A stretch of 32,000 nt of DNA from contig CBDCNV010000002.1 of the NCBI GenBank assembly GCA_965219535.1, positions 390,001 through 422,000 of the forward strand. The letters are read 5' to 3'. Of the stretch, positions 25,063 through 32,000 are shown piece by piece. Position 1 is the first letter of the stretch, and every line of letters begins with the position of its first letter. Under the pieces are notes generated by a model. It searched no databases. It saw only the letters and a program-made list of their open reading frames with translations, and was not told where the DNA came from. Made by a program: the position numbers and the translations under genes. This stretch comes from Opitutales bacterium (GTDB lineage: Bacteria > Verrucomicrobiota > Verrucomicrobiia > Opitutales > PNEW01).

Positions 25063-26445
25063 CTACAGTGTGGAATGAAAGCGAAATGAATAGAGATCCG
25101 CGTCTTTACAGACAAAGCGCAGCCGGACGGGGTTCCCTGCCAGGTTCCCTAAATTAGATGTAGCTGACCAGTTTACTTTACGTTCAATGGAGTCGCCGAA
25201 TACAGGGGGACAATCAGCGAGGGCAAATCCCTCTAGCGACTCGCCCGAAATATTTTGGATTTCAACCTGAATGGAACCAGCTGCCGAGGTTGAGAAATTC
25301 AACACCATCTCTTCTCCTTTAAAAATAAGAGGCTTAGTTAGCAGTTCGCCGCCGCTTAGGGGGGATTTTACCGATACAAATCCATCGATGCGCAAGGTAT
25401 AGCGACGAAGCTGATTACTGGTGCCAGTCCAATAGCCTTCCGTGGCATAGAGTGACAGTTCGTTCGAAGCTTCATCAAATTTTGACTTAGTTTCTACCAG
25501 GTGCCACGCAATGTACTGGTTGCCGTAAGCCCAACTGTGCTTACGCTCAACGCCCGGTCGTAGAAAAGCATCGTCCCATCGCTTAAAGGTTTGACCGTCT
25601 CGGCTCGTCATGAAGAGGGATTCAGTGACAGCACTGCCGAAACGCGGATCGAGTCCGTCTCCATCAATGTCGACCGGGGGGCCGGCTCGCTGGCGGCGCT
25701 TGGTAAATTCAGGCAGTGCATTTGTCGAGGACGTCCAACCGTTGTCGATATAGCGGATAGGAAAGCCGATGAGGATATGAGGTGCACGGTAGTAGGGCTT
25801 GATCTGATTGGTGTAAAGATGCTCGGGCCGTGCACCGGGGTATTCAAGAGGAAGAGGATTGATCCAATGCAAAAAATCATTCGAAGTCATCGTCATAATA
25901 TCGCGCCGGTTATTCGGCCAGTAGCGAAAATAAAGACGGTATACGCCATGCGCAGAATCCCAGAACGCCGTGTTTTGAGAATCAAAAAAACCACCGCTCT
26001 CGACCATCGCCAGATCACTTTTAGAAACGATGTTACTGTCGCTCATTGCCGTCCAGTGAATACCGTCGGGCGACTTGAAAGCCATCAATCCATTGAAATC
26101 ACCCGCTACACGGATTGCTTTGAAACGTGCCTCCGGTGGTGCATCGGGATTTGTATCGATGAACACCGCGGGATGTCCTGCGTCGACCCTCTTATTGTCG
26201 GCCCACAGAATGTTGTTCTGCATCGACCATTTAAACTCTACAAGTCCAAGATGCGGTTTGCGCCACTGAATACCGTCATCACTTTCAGCGTAACAAGTGA
26301 ATAGCGGATGGGGTATAGTCAACTTGTCATCCTTGGTCGTAAGCTGCCACGCTTTGTAGTACATACGGTAGAGATCACCGTCATTTAATTTATATATCAA
26401 CAACTTATAATATTCCTTCCCAATTATTGACAAAATTGCTTGCAA
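25063..26445 (-). CDS. BNR/Asp-box beta-propeller protein with C-terminal beta-sandwich (sialidase-like or glycoside-hydrolase-like); probably 5-prime truncated
   Basis: 460-codon ORF whose only start is a TTG. Asp-box-like motifs are ESDDGIQW, KSPDGIHW and TSRDGQTF. The C-terminal LNFSTSAAGSIQVEIQN...GNPVRLRFVCKDADLYSFRF is typical of the accessory beta-sandwich of GH-like propellers. There is no signal peptide, and an in-frame stop lies 6 codons upstream of the TTG. The 5-prime end abuts the integrase promoter region. Confidence 0.7.
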   Translation of the reverse strand: MQAILSIIGKEYYKLLIYKLNDGDLYRMYYKAWQLTTKDDKLTIPHPLFTCYAESDDGIQWRKPHLGLVEFKWSMQNNILWADNKRVDAGHPAVFIDTNPDAPPEARFKAIRVAGDFNGLMAFKSPDGIHWTAMSDSNIVSKSDLAMVESGGFFDSQNTAFWDSAHGVYRLYFRYWPNNRRDIMTMTSNDFLHWINPLPLEYPGARPEHLYTNQIKPYYRAPHILIGFPIRYIDNGWTSSTNALPEFTKRRQRAGPPVDIDGDGLDPRFGSAVTESLFMTSRDGQTFKRWDDAFLRPGVERKHSWAYGNQYIAWHLVETKSKFDEASNELSLYATEGYWTGTSNQLRRYTLRIDGFVSVKSPLSGGELLTKPLIFKGEEMVLNFSTSAAGSIQVEIQNISGESLEGFALADCPPVFGDSIERKVNWSATSNLGNLAGNPVRLRFVCKDADLYSFRFHSTL

Positions 26446-26456
26446 GTAAACACAAT
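26427..26456 (+). promoter_or_regulatory. Sigma-70-like promoter candidate for the integrase gene
   Basis: A perfect -35 TTGACA lies at 26427..26432, followed by an 18-nt spacer and CACAAT at 26451..26456. The first ATG of the integrase frame is at 26473. This is sequence resemblance only. Confidence 0.3.
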
Positions 26457-26472
26457 TGAGGCATTAGTGTGC

Positions 26473-27729
26473 ATGATGCAGGCAACTAGAGGAAAACATA
26501 AAAAATCGAGTCCCTTTAATACCTGGGAACACCCAAAAAAAAGTTCAATCACAATCAGGGAAGTTATCAACCGTAACGCAGGTGACGATTACGGATTCTC
26601 CTACCAGGTAATCATTCCCTCGAAGTTAGCGGGCAAGCGAATCAGAAAACAGTTTAAGCAAAAAGATGCCGCTTTTGCCTGGGCAAAAGAACAACACGAA
26701 CAATTACTCCAATACGGGCAACATCAACAGAACCTGAACCATAACCAGTTAAAAGATGCCTTCAATGCGCTCGAAAAACTTGAAGGTTTCGACATTACCC
26801 TCTTAGAGGCAGCGGAGTTTGCAAAGATCCATTTGCATCCCCCGGCCGGTGATATCTCAGTGTTGGAGTTGACGGCCATACTGATTGAAGAAAAAGAGAA
26901 ACAGAACCTGCGCGCCCGCTCCATAAATGATACCCGCTCACGGATGGGAATCTTCTCAAGAAGCTTTGGGAGACGACTGGTCAAAGAGATTTCACAGTCG
27001 GAAATAGAGGAGTGGCTCAATACCCTCAGTGCCCTCTCGGTGAGAAGCATTATAAACTATCGCTTGTGCTTAAGCGCCTTTTTTAATTATGCCGTCAACC
27101 AGGGCTACCGGAGCGATAATCCCGTGAAGAGAATCCCCATGCCGAAAATAGACTGGAAGCCCCCTGTCATTCTCAAAGTCACTCAAGCGGAAGAGTTGGT
27201 ATTGCATGCGGCAAAGACCGATGAAGAAAAGAGGCTTTTACCTGTGGTCGCATTAGGACTGTTCGCAGGTTTAAGGAGCACTGAAATCTCGCGGCTTGAC
27301 TGGTCTGCGATTGATCTGGAACGCAAGTTACTGACGGTTGGGCCGCAGATAGCTAAGAAGCGCCAGTTAAGGGTGGTTGATCTAATGGACAATTGTGTGG
27401 CGTGGCTGCAGAGGTGTGATCAAAAGACAGGGCGTATTGCACCAACCAATTATTTTAAAAGCTTTGCAGAACTTACCAAAGAAGCGGGCTTCGCCAAGTG
27501 GGGAGAAGAATACAGCAATGCGATGCGCCACAGCTTCGGCAGCTACTATTATGCGCTGACAAGTGATTCGAGTAAAACAGCAGCCATGCTGGGCCATAAA
27601 TCAAGCGACCAGGTGCTCTTTGATCATTACAGGAGTCTTGCGCGTAAATCAGAGGGGGAAAAATATTTCTCAATCTTTCCGGCAGATAAAGAGCAACCGG
27701 TTGTCGCATTTCAACCTTTAGATAAGTAG
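26473..27729 (+). CDS. Tyrosine recombinase / phage-type integrase
   Basis: The ORF track starts at TTG 26440, and the first ATGs are at 26473 and 26476 (MMQATRGKHKK...). The C-terminal catalytic region contains LFAGLRSTEISRLDW (Arg I), AMRHSFGSYYY (H-x-x-R-type box) and MLGHKSSDQVLFDHYRSL (His and the nucleophilic Tyr). An N-terminal SAM-like core-binding region includes SINDTRSRM...F. Confidence 0.9.
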   Translation: MMQATRGKHKKSSPFNTWEHPKKSSITIREVINRNAGDDYGFSYQVIIPSKLAGKRIRKQFKQKDAAFAWAKEQHEQLLQYGQHQQNLNHNQLKDAFNALEKLEGFDITLLEAAEFAKIHLHPPAGDISVLELTAILIEEKEKQNLRARSINDTRSRMGIFSRSFGRRLVKEISQSEIEEWLNTLSALSVRSIINYRLCLSAFFNYAVNQGYRSDNPVKRIPMPKIDWKPPVILKVTQAEELVLHAAKTDEEKRLLPVVALGLFAGLRSTEISRLDWSAIDLERKLLTVGPQIAKKRQLRVVDLMDNCVAWLQRCDQKTGRIAPTNYFKSFAELTKEAGFAKWGEEYSNAMRHSFGSYYYALTSDSSKTAAMLGHKSSDQVLFDHYRSLARKSEGEKYFSIFPADKEQPVVAFQPLDK

Positions 27730-28430
27730 AGCACGTGAGCTTATTAATCAACAATCCGTGCAAGTATGGAATACCAGCGAGGGGGGGTTGGCTGAACTTG
27801 CAGTTATCGGCAGTGGGTCAGTTTCAAAATAATTGAGTTTGCACCGCGTCGATATTGTATCATAATCATTCACCGTGAAAGAGAGAGCAGAACGTCCCCG
27901 CGATGCCAAGTATCTTGCCAAGTCTATCGCGGAGTGGGATGTGGAAGAGCGGAAAACCAGCCATAAGGTTACCCCAATGCATAAGTTCGGGCAGAATGGT
28001 GGAGCCTCGTGGGCAAGGAATTTTTTCCTCACAGTTCGCGGTATAATTCGGTGGTGCTTCTCGGGCAGGGGAAACTAACGCAAGAGATAGAAGGCAGGAC
28101 AAACAAGGAAGGTCCGACGAACAGCTAAGGGCAATGACTTTACGTAGACAGGGATAGTCACAGCCCAGAGGATTTATCGGTGCAGGAAGCTGGGAGAGCC
28201 TAGGGAGATAGATAAGCCAGCGTGTTTCCTGCCGAATTTCAGATATGGCGGTGAGAACGATACCGGGTAAATCTCAAATTGCACCTTGCGTTCTCGAAGA
28301 TGCGTGGGCTAACATTATTGCAGATAAACAGGGATCATCTCCAGCGATTGAAGCGCGGGTTACATTATCTCTTTAAGTATTGGAGGATGAGTCCAAACGG
28401 TTGTCCCATTTAAATCATTAGATAGGTAGT

Positions 28431-29438
28431 TTGCAGATGAGCTTATCAATTTACAATCCCTGTGAGGACGGCATACCGGCGAAGGTATGGGAATTGCTTC
28501 GACGCAATGAAGCGTTTCAAGTTCAGACAAAGGAGCTTAACAATCTTCAGGGCAAAGAGGGAAGATGGGAAAAATTCATGTTCGTTAATAATGAACGTCA
28601 TTATTATGCTGCAACTGCCTGGAACTGGATGTATAAACCAGTAATAATCCAAAGTGAGCTTGGGCCAAAAAGAGGACAGCCTCAAAGAGTGGGGCCGAGG
28701 ATAACAGATGACCGGGCTTTAAAAGAATACGAAGAGGATGAGAAGAAAGGGCGCACCCCTTTAAAGCTTGATTCACCCTGGCCCGATACCCCGCGAGGAT
28801 TTCAGAAGGCGTACAGCGATTGTTGGGCGGACAATACAGCGGATATCCACGAAATCGTCCCTTCAGGATTATATCCCAACGAAGATGCAATACCCCCCGG
28901 GATAGAAATCGCCCCTGAGCTGCCCAGCGAAGCCGATCAGCAAACAGCTATTGATATTAATAAACGCTTGTGGGATACGGCAGGACTTTGGCACTGGATA
29001 GTTGAAACCAATCGTGTCTTTGCCGTCCCCCGTGTCTTCTCTATGAGAGGAAAAAATTCCCGCAATAAAATCATCAAGCTTATTGCCGAAAAACTGGAGG
29101 AGGACTCCCCGCCACCAAAAGTCCAGTTGTTTGGGACTGAGGCGCAGTGGAGATTGTTTCTCTTTGTTGAACACTTTCGCAAATCCGATTCTTTATCACG
29201 AGGCGCTGCGATTAATAAAACGATTGAAGCGCTGGGGTATGGCAGAGACCTTGACCCGAGTACTCGAAGAAACAACTACTATTCGCGAATTGAAGGACAA
29301 GCCCAAGCGATCGATAATAGCAACGAAAAGTGTCCCGATCAAGATGGTTGGATTCAGCTCGTTTATCCAAACGTTTATTCAATCACAGAAATAATAAAAA
29401 TGGCTCGGGAAAGAGGTTATTCGCTTGTTCGCCAATAA
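28431..29438 (+). CDS. Hypothetical protein, 335 aa, with an N-terminal WELLRRN motif (mobile-element regulator-like)
   Basis: The ORF is long and not overlapped by a better one. It has a TTG start at 28431 or an ATG at 28437. AKVWELLRRNEAFQ resembles the W-E-F-L-R-R-N-P motif of the transcriptional-regulator-like N-terminal domain (DUF6499-type) seen in ICE-encoded proteins, which I recognise from memory only. The rest of the protein is not recognisable. Confidence 0.55.
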   Translation: MQMSLSIYNPCEDGIPAKVWELLRRNEAFQVQTKELNNLQGKEGRWEKFMFVNNERHYYAATAWNWMYKPVIIQSELGPKRGQPQRVGPRITDDRALKEYEEDEKKGRTPLKLDSPWPDTPRGFQKAYSDCWADNTADIHEIVPSGLYPNEDAIPPGIEIAPELPSEADQQTAIDINKRLWDTAGLWHWIVETNRVFAVPRVFSMRGKNSRNKIIKLIAEKLEEDSPPPKVQLFGTEAQWRLFLFVEHFRKSDSLSRGAAINKTIEALGYGRDLDPSTRRNNYYSRIEGQAQAIDNSNEKCPDQDGWIQLVYPNVYSITEIIKMARERGYSLVRQ

Positions 29439-29439
29439 C

Positions 29440-29468
29440 ATACGGTATCATTGAAAGTTACCGTATGC
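29440..29468 (+). promoter_or_regulatory. Perfect 9-bp inverted repeat CATACGGTA-N11-TACCGTATG directly after the 335-aa gene stop and 38 nt upstream of the xis-like gene
   Basis: The arms lie at 29440..29448 and 29460..29468. No T-run follows, so it is more likely an operator or protein-binding palindrome or an RNA hairpin than an intrinsic terminator. Confidence 0.4.
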
Positions 29469-29505
29469 GACAATCGAGATATGTTGCCCTATTATAGAGG
29501 GCACA

Positions 29506-29760
29506 TTGACTAAACTATCTTCAACTTCACTCGATTCGGTCCGTATCAACCCGCCCCTGCTGCTCAGGGAGTCAGAGACGGCGGCAATGCTCGGGGTCTC
29601 CATTCGCACGGTACGCAACTACGACAGGCGCAGGCTGCTTAAACCGATCCGCCTTGGAGGCAGAAAGTTATACCGTCTCGAGACGCTCTTAGCGACCCTC
29701 GAAAAGCTGGAAAACCAGCAGTCAGCGGCTCGCAAGCACAGGATAAGACATGCCCGATAA
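29506..29760 (+). CDS. Excisionase/MerR-type helix-turn-helix DNA-binding protein
   Basis: 84-aa ORF with a TTG start; the start is uncertain. LLLRESETAAMLGVSIRTVRNYDRRRLLKPIRLGGRKLYRLETL matches the excisionase-family HTH pattern (..aA..LGvS.rTl......G.lp..r.G.r..y....l). It overlaps the next ORF by 11 nt, which suggests translational coupling. Confidence 0.75.
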   Translation: MTKLSSTSLDSVRINPPLLLRESETAAMLGVSIRTVRNYDRRRLLKPIRLGGRKLYRLETLLATLEKLENQQSAARKHRIRHAR

Positions 29761-30343
29761 TCCTGAAGATCAGTGTAAGGCCTCCTCCTATTACCGAAAT
29801 TATAAGGATGCCCATATAATTATCATAAAAGAGGTAAGGGGTACCAATGCTTCATTTACTATTTCAGTCTACAGTGCCCTTTGCTGGATTGCTAATGATC
29901 AGGGAGATCAATTGCGTCCCTTCTCTGCTGCGATCGGTTTGATCGCCCACCGCGCCGGTTTATCGAAAAGGAAGACCTCCGATGTGCTTCAAATATTAAG
30001 CGCTGTAACATTACTGCAAATAGACTCCGGTCGAGGGAGGAAGGTATATAATACCTACACCCTATTGACCCCAGCAGCGCAGGTGAGAGAAAGATCCTTT
30101 CCTCAACCCCGTCCTCTCCCGAAAAATTACGATGAGTTCATGGATATTTGCAGCGATGAGGATATTGACGATAGATCTGCTGAATCATTCTGGGACCTTC
30201 AGGAGAAGAATAACTGGAAAAGAGAAAATCCCTCTACCGGCCAATGGGAGCCGCTCTATGACTGGATAGCGGCGTTAATTAAGTTCAATGAGAAAGTGGA
30301 AGATGATCTCGAATACTCAAATACAATTAAGCATAGGCATTAG
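29750..30343 (+). CDS. Hypothetical winged-helix protein, replication-organiser-like (mobile-element associated)
   Basis: 197-aa ORF. The N-terminal half looks like a wHTH (FTISVYSALCWIAN...IAHRAGLSKRKTSDVLQILSAVTLLQI). The C-terminal FWDLQEKNNWKRENPSTGQWEPLYDWIAALIKFNEK resembles the F..Y...GW......M.DW.AA.R.W tail recurrent in phage and plasmid DnaD/replisome-organiser-type proteins, which I recall from memory. Iteron-like repeats begin 3 nt after its stop codon. Confidence 0.5.
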   Translation: MPDNPEDQCKASSYYRNYKDAHIIIIKEVRGTNASFTISVYSALCWIANDQGDQLRPFSAAIGLIAHRAGLSKRKTSDVLQILSAVTLLQIDSGRGRKVYNTYTLLTPAAQVRERSFPQPRPLPKNYDEFMDICSDEDIDDRSAESFWDLQEKNNWKRENPSTGQWEPLYDWIAALIKFNEKVEDDLEYSNTIKHRH

Positions 30344-30345
30344 CA

Positions 30346-30391
30346 GTCTATTGACGCGTGATCAACAGTCTATTTACGTCTATTGACGCGT
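30346..30391 (+). repeat. Iteron-like direct repeats GTCTATT(G/T)AC x3 (two extended copies GTCTATTGACGCGT)
   Basis: The copies lie at 30346..30359 (GTCTATTGACGCGT), 30368..30377 (GTCTATTTAC) and 30378..30391 (GTCTATTGACGCGT). Start-to-start spacings are 22 and 10 nt, about two and one helical turns. Each long copy ends in the palindrome ACGCGT. Confidence 0.6.
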
Positions 30392-30437
30392 TTACGGAAT
30401 GAAATCTTTATTCCCGGGTAAAATCATTAAATAGGCT

Positions 30438-30473
30438 CATGGTGCATCTATTAGGATATAAACATGCACCATG
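30438..30473. repeat. Perfect 10-bp inverted repeat CATGGTGCAT-N16-ATGCACCATG
   Basis: The arms lie at 30438..30447 and 30464..30473, with an AT-rich loop. It is located between the iteron-like repeats and the terminator. Confidence 0.6.
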
Positions 30474-30566
30474 TTCCTTTTTTCACTCCTAAAACAGGCA
30501 CCGGGTGCAGACAGGTATTAAGAACATGATTTTATAAGAACAAAGATATATAAAAACTCTCGGGTA

Positions 30567-30615
30567 ACCAAAGTTTAATTTGGTTACCCGAGAGGGTATT
30601 TTTTTGTATATAAAT
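30567..30615. terminator. Strong bidirectional rho-independent terminator
   Basis: A perfect 16-bp stem pairs CTCTCGGGTAACCAAA (30567..30582) with TTTGGTTACCCGAGAG (30589..30604), with a 6-nt loop. It is followed by GGTATTTTTTT on the + strand and preceded by TATAAAAA, which is a T-run for the minus strand. Confidence 0.8.
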
Positions 30616-31274
30616 TTATAAATTAACTTTCAATGCTGACAAATTCTTTTGTATGGTATATACGTTAATTTCTGTACGGTAATTTTCTTTAAGGTACAGG
30701 TATAAGATACAGCCTTCGTACACGTGATTGAATGTTTTCCAGAATCCTGCAGGAGTTTTTGAAGTTTCAAGTCTGATGTAATTTGCCGGTACAGGGGAGG
30801 AGGGATATTTCCGGGTATAGCGACTCGACGGGTTTTTTTCATTGCGCTTTCTGTAAATGAACCAAAGGCGGTCTTTCTTGCGCCCTGTAGCGATTGCCCA
30901 GTTTCCAAGCAAAGCGCTGTTTAGGTCGGACCCGGCCGTGCACCCTCATTCACCTGACCTCGCTCATCACCTGCTGCAGGGATGATGGCAGTAAGGTGAC
31001 ATTCGGTCAACGCTTCGTAAAAAGTTTCAGAGGCAATCTCTGTATCAACTTTGCAGATCAAGTCTACGCTTGCGCTGGCGTTTAACCCGTCATGCGTGAA
31101 TTAGCACCGGTTGTCATCGCCGCACAGTCGCCCTCCTATAAATACTTTAATTATTTTAAAGGAGCTGTCCTAAGCAGACAATGGTTTTATGGGACGGATT
31201 GGACTGCGGGGAAACAGATTAAGGGGATAAGTAGTCTGTTGCCTGTCGGAATTAAAAGGGAATTATAAACATAA

Positions 31275-32000
31275 GTGACCATTAATTATTATAACTTTAC
31301 CATGAAAGCACGAGGAAAATATAATAGAAAAGGGTTGTCTCTCGTCGAGGTATTCGAGCTATTCCCTGACGATGAAACAGCGGAGCAATGGTTTATAAAA
31401 ACGCGCTGGAACGGTGATGTAAATTGTCCTCATTGTGGCAGTAGCCGGATCCGCTATAGGACGAAGCATGAGACAATGCCCTTCCGGTGTCGAGACTGTC
31501 GCAAGCATTTCTCGGTCAGAACAGGGACAATTATGCAGGTTTCCAAATTGGGGTATCAGGTATGGGCCTTGGCTACCTACCTATTGACGATAGGCATAAA
31601 AGGGACTTCGAGCATGAAACTGCATCGAGACCTGAGCATAACCCAGAAAAGCGCATGGCATTTATCTCATCGGATACGGGAATCATGAAGCGATAAGCGC
31701 GAAAGGTTTAGCGGGCCGGTAGAAGTAGATGAAGCTTATATTGGCGTAACTGAGAAGAATAAACACGAATTTAAAAAACAGCATTTAGGCCGTGGTGGAA
31801 TAGTAAAGACAGCCGTTGTTGGTGTTAAAGACAGGTCAACTAAACAGATTTCGGCTGCCGTGGCGCACTCACAGGACAAAAAGACCCTGCAAAAATTCGT
31901 TTTAAGTAAGGTCTCCGGTAAAGTAAAAATCTACTCTGACGATAGCAGGGCTTATGAAGGATTGGATCGCGAAGCGGTCCGCCACAGCCTTGGTGAATAC
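31275..32000 (+). mobile_element. IS1595-family (ISXO2-like) transposase gene interrupted by an in-frame TGA; continues past the window end
   Basis: The N-terminal part contains a zinc ribbon (CPHCGSSRIRYRTKHETMPFRCRDCRKHFSVRTGTIM) and an HTH (LHRDLSITQKSAWHLSHRIRES). TGA lies at 31686..31688. The same frame continues SDKRERFSGPVEVDEAYIGVTEKNKHEFKK...KIYSDDSRAYEGL...RHSLGEY, the DDE domain with the first two acidic residues recognisable. The likely real start is ATG 31302 (MKARGKYNRKGLSLVEVFELFPDDETAEQWF). Confidence 0.8.

Larger units (their letters stand above)
26400..30615 (+). mobile_element. Small integrated element (integrase, unknown 335-aa protein, excisionase-type HTH, wHTH replication-organiser-like protein, iteron-like repeats); boundaries not defined
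   Basis: All four genes are on the + strand. The module order is integrase ... xis ... rep-like. The left side abuts a truncated chromosomal gene, and the right side ends at a strong bidirectional terminator. No flanking direct repeats or att sites could be identified by eye. Confidence 0.55.

Noticed and set aside
26441-26448. The 8-mer TGCAAGTA occurs on both sides of the integrase gene (26441-26448 and 27759-27766). I considered it as an att core or direct repeat.
   Set aside because: Eight nucleotides is within chance expectation for this distance. It would also bracket only the integrase gene, which makes no biological sense for an integrative element.
27730-28430. A tRNA, tmRNA or RNase P gene as the integration target next to the integrase.
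   Set aside because: I could find no cloverleaf-compatible segment, no GGTTCGAATCC-type T-arm, no tmRNA tag-reading frame or 3-prime CCA-proximal acceptor, and no conserved RNase P core. Only weak local complementarity is present.
30616-31085. Possible degenerate DDE transposase remnant on the minus strand. Fragments include ..VDLICKVDTEIASETFYEALTECHLTAIIPAAGDERGQ.. and ..RKRNEKNPSSRYTRKY..ANYIRLE.., vaguely like the IS5-type DKGYDS...IP.R.NRK...Y..RN.IER pattern.
   Set aside because: The resemblance is weak, is spread over three frames with several stops, and I cannot verify it without a profile search. It is not reported as a feature. TBLASTN/HMM against ISfinder would settle it.

Overview
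This 32-kb window reads like a chromosomal catabolic island followed by a small integrated mobile element. Gene content suggests a marine, sulfatase-rich PVC-type heterotroph (Verrucomicrobia/Lentisphaerae/Planctomycetes-like), but that is inference only; no database search was possible.

Left to right:
- (1) A DUF485(yjcH-like)-actP acetate symporter pair on the minus strand. actP runs off the window start.
- (2) A block from about 1.6 to 19.5 kb holding four intact and one decayed PhyH-type Fe(II)/2-oxoglutarate dioxygenases and two Cys-type sulfatases with no room for a signal peptide. It also holds a Hyi-like TIM-barrel isomerase, an MDR dehydrogenase, an amidohydrolase_2 (lactonase-like), an MR/MLE enolase-superfamily enzyme, CE4 and PIG-L deacetylases, a TPP-dependent enzyme and a minimal 103-aa SET-domain protein.
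- (3) Secreted or surface proteins: a 302-aa protein, an MMP-like metzincin, a 940-aa FG-GAP/VCBS protein, a 749-aa multidomain protein and a BNR/Asp-box beta-propeller.
- (4) From about 26.4 kb, a tyrosine integrase, a 700-bp non-coding gap, a 335-aa unknown protein, an excisionase-type HTH, a 197-aa winged-helix replication-organiser-like protein, iteron-like repeats and a strong bidirectional terminator. A degenerate stretch follows, then an IS1595-family transposase broken by an in-frame TGA.

No rRNA, tRNA or CRISPR array was recognised.

Most noteworthy observations:
- The repeated PhyH-dioxygenase/cytoplasmic-sulfatase pairing.
- One PhyH paralogue with H-S-G instead of the H-x-D/E iron motif, a halogenase-like signature.
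- An uncharacterised domain of about 276 aa shared by two secreted proteins.
- Heptamer (YGGATTG-type) repeat arrays sitting exactly at the 3-prime ends of three genes.
- The compact integrase/xis/rep-like element abutting an apparently 5-prime-truncated gene.

All family calls come from motif recognition by eye and need HMM or BLAST confirmation.
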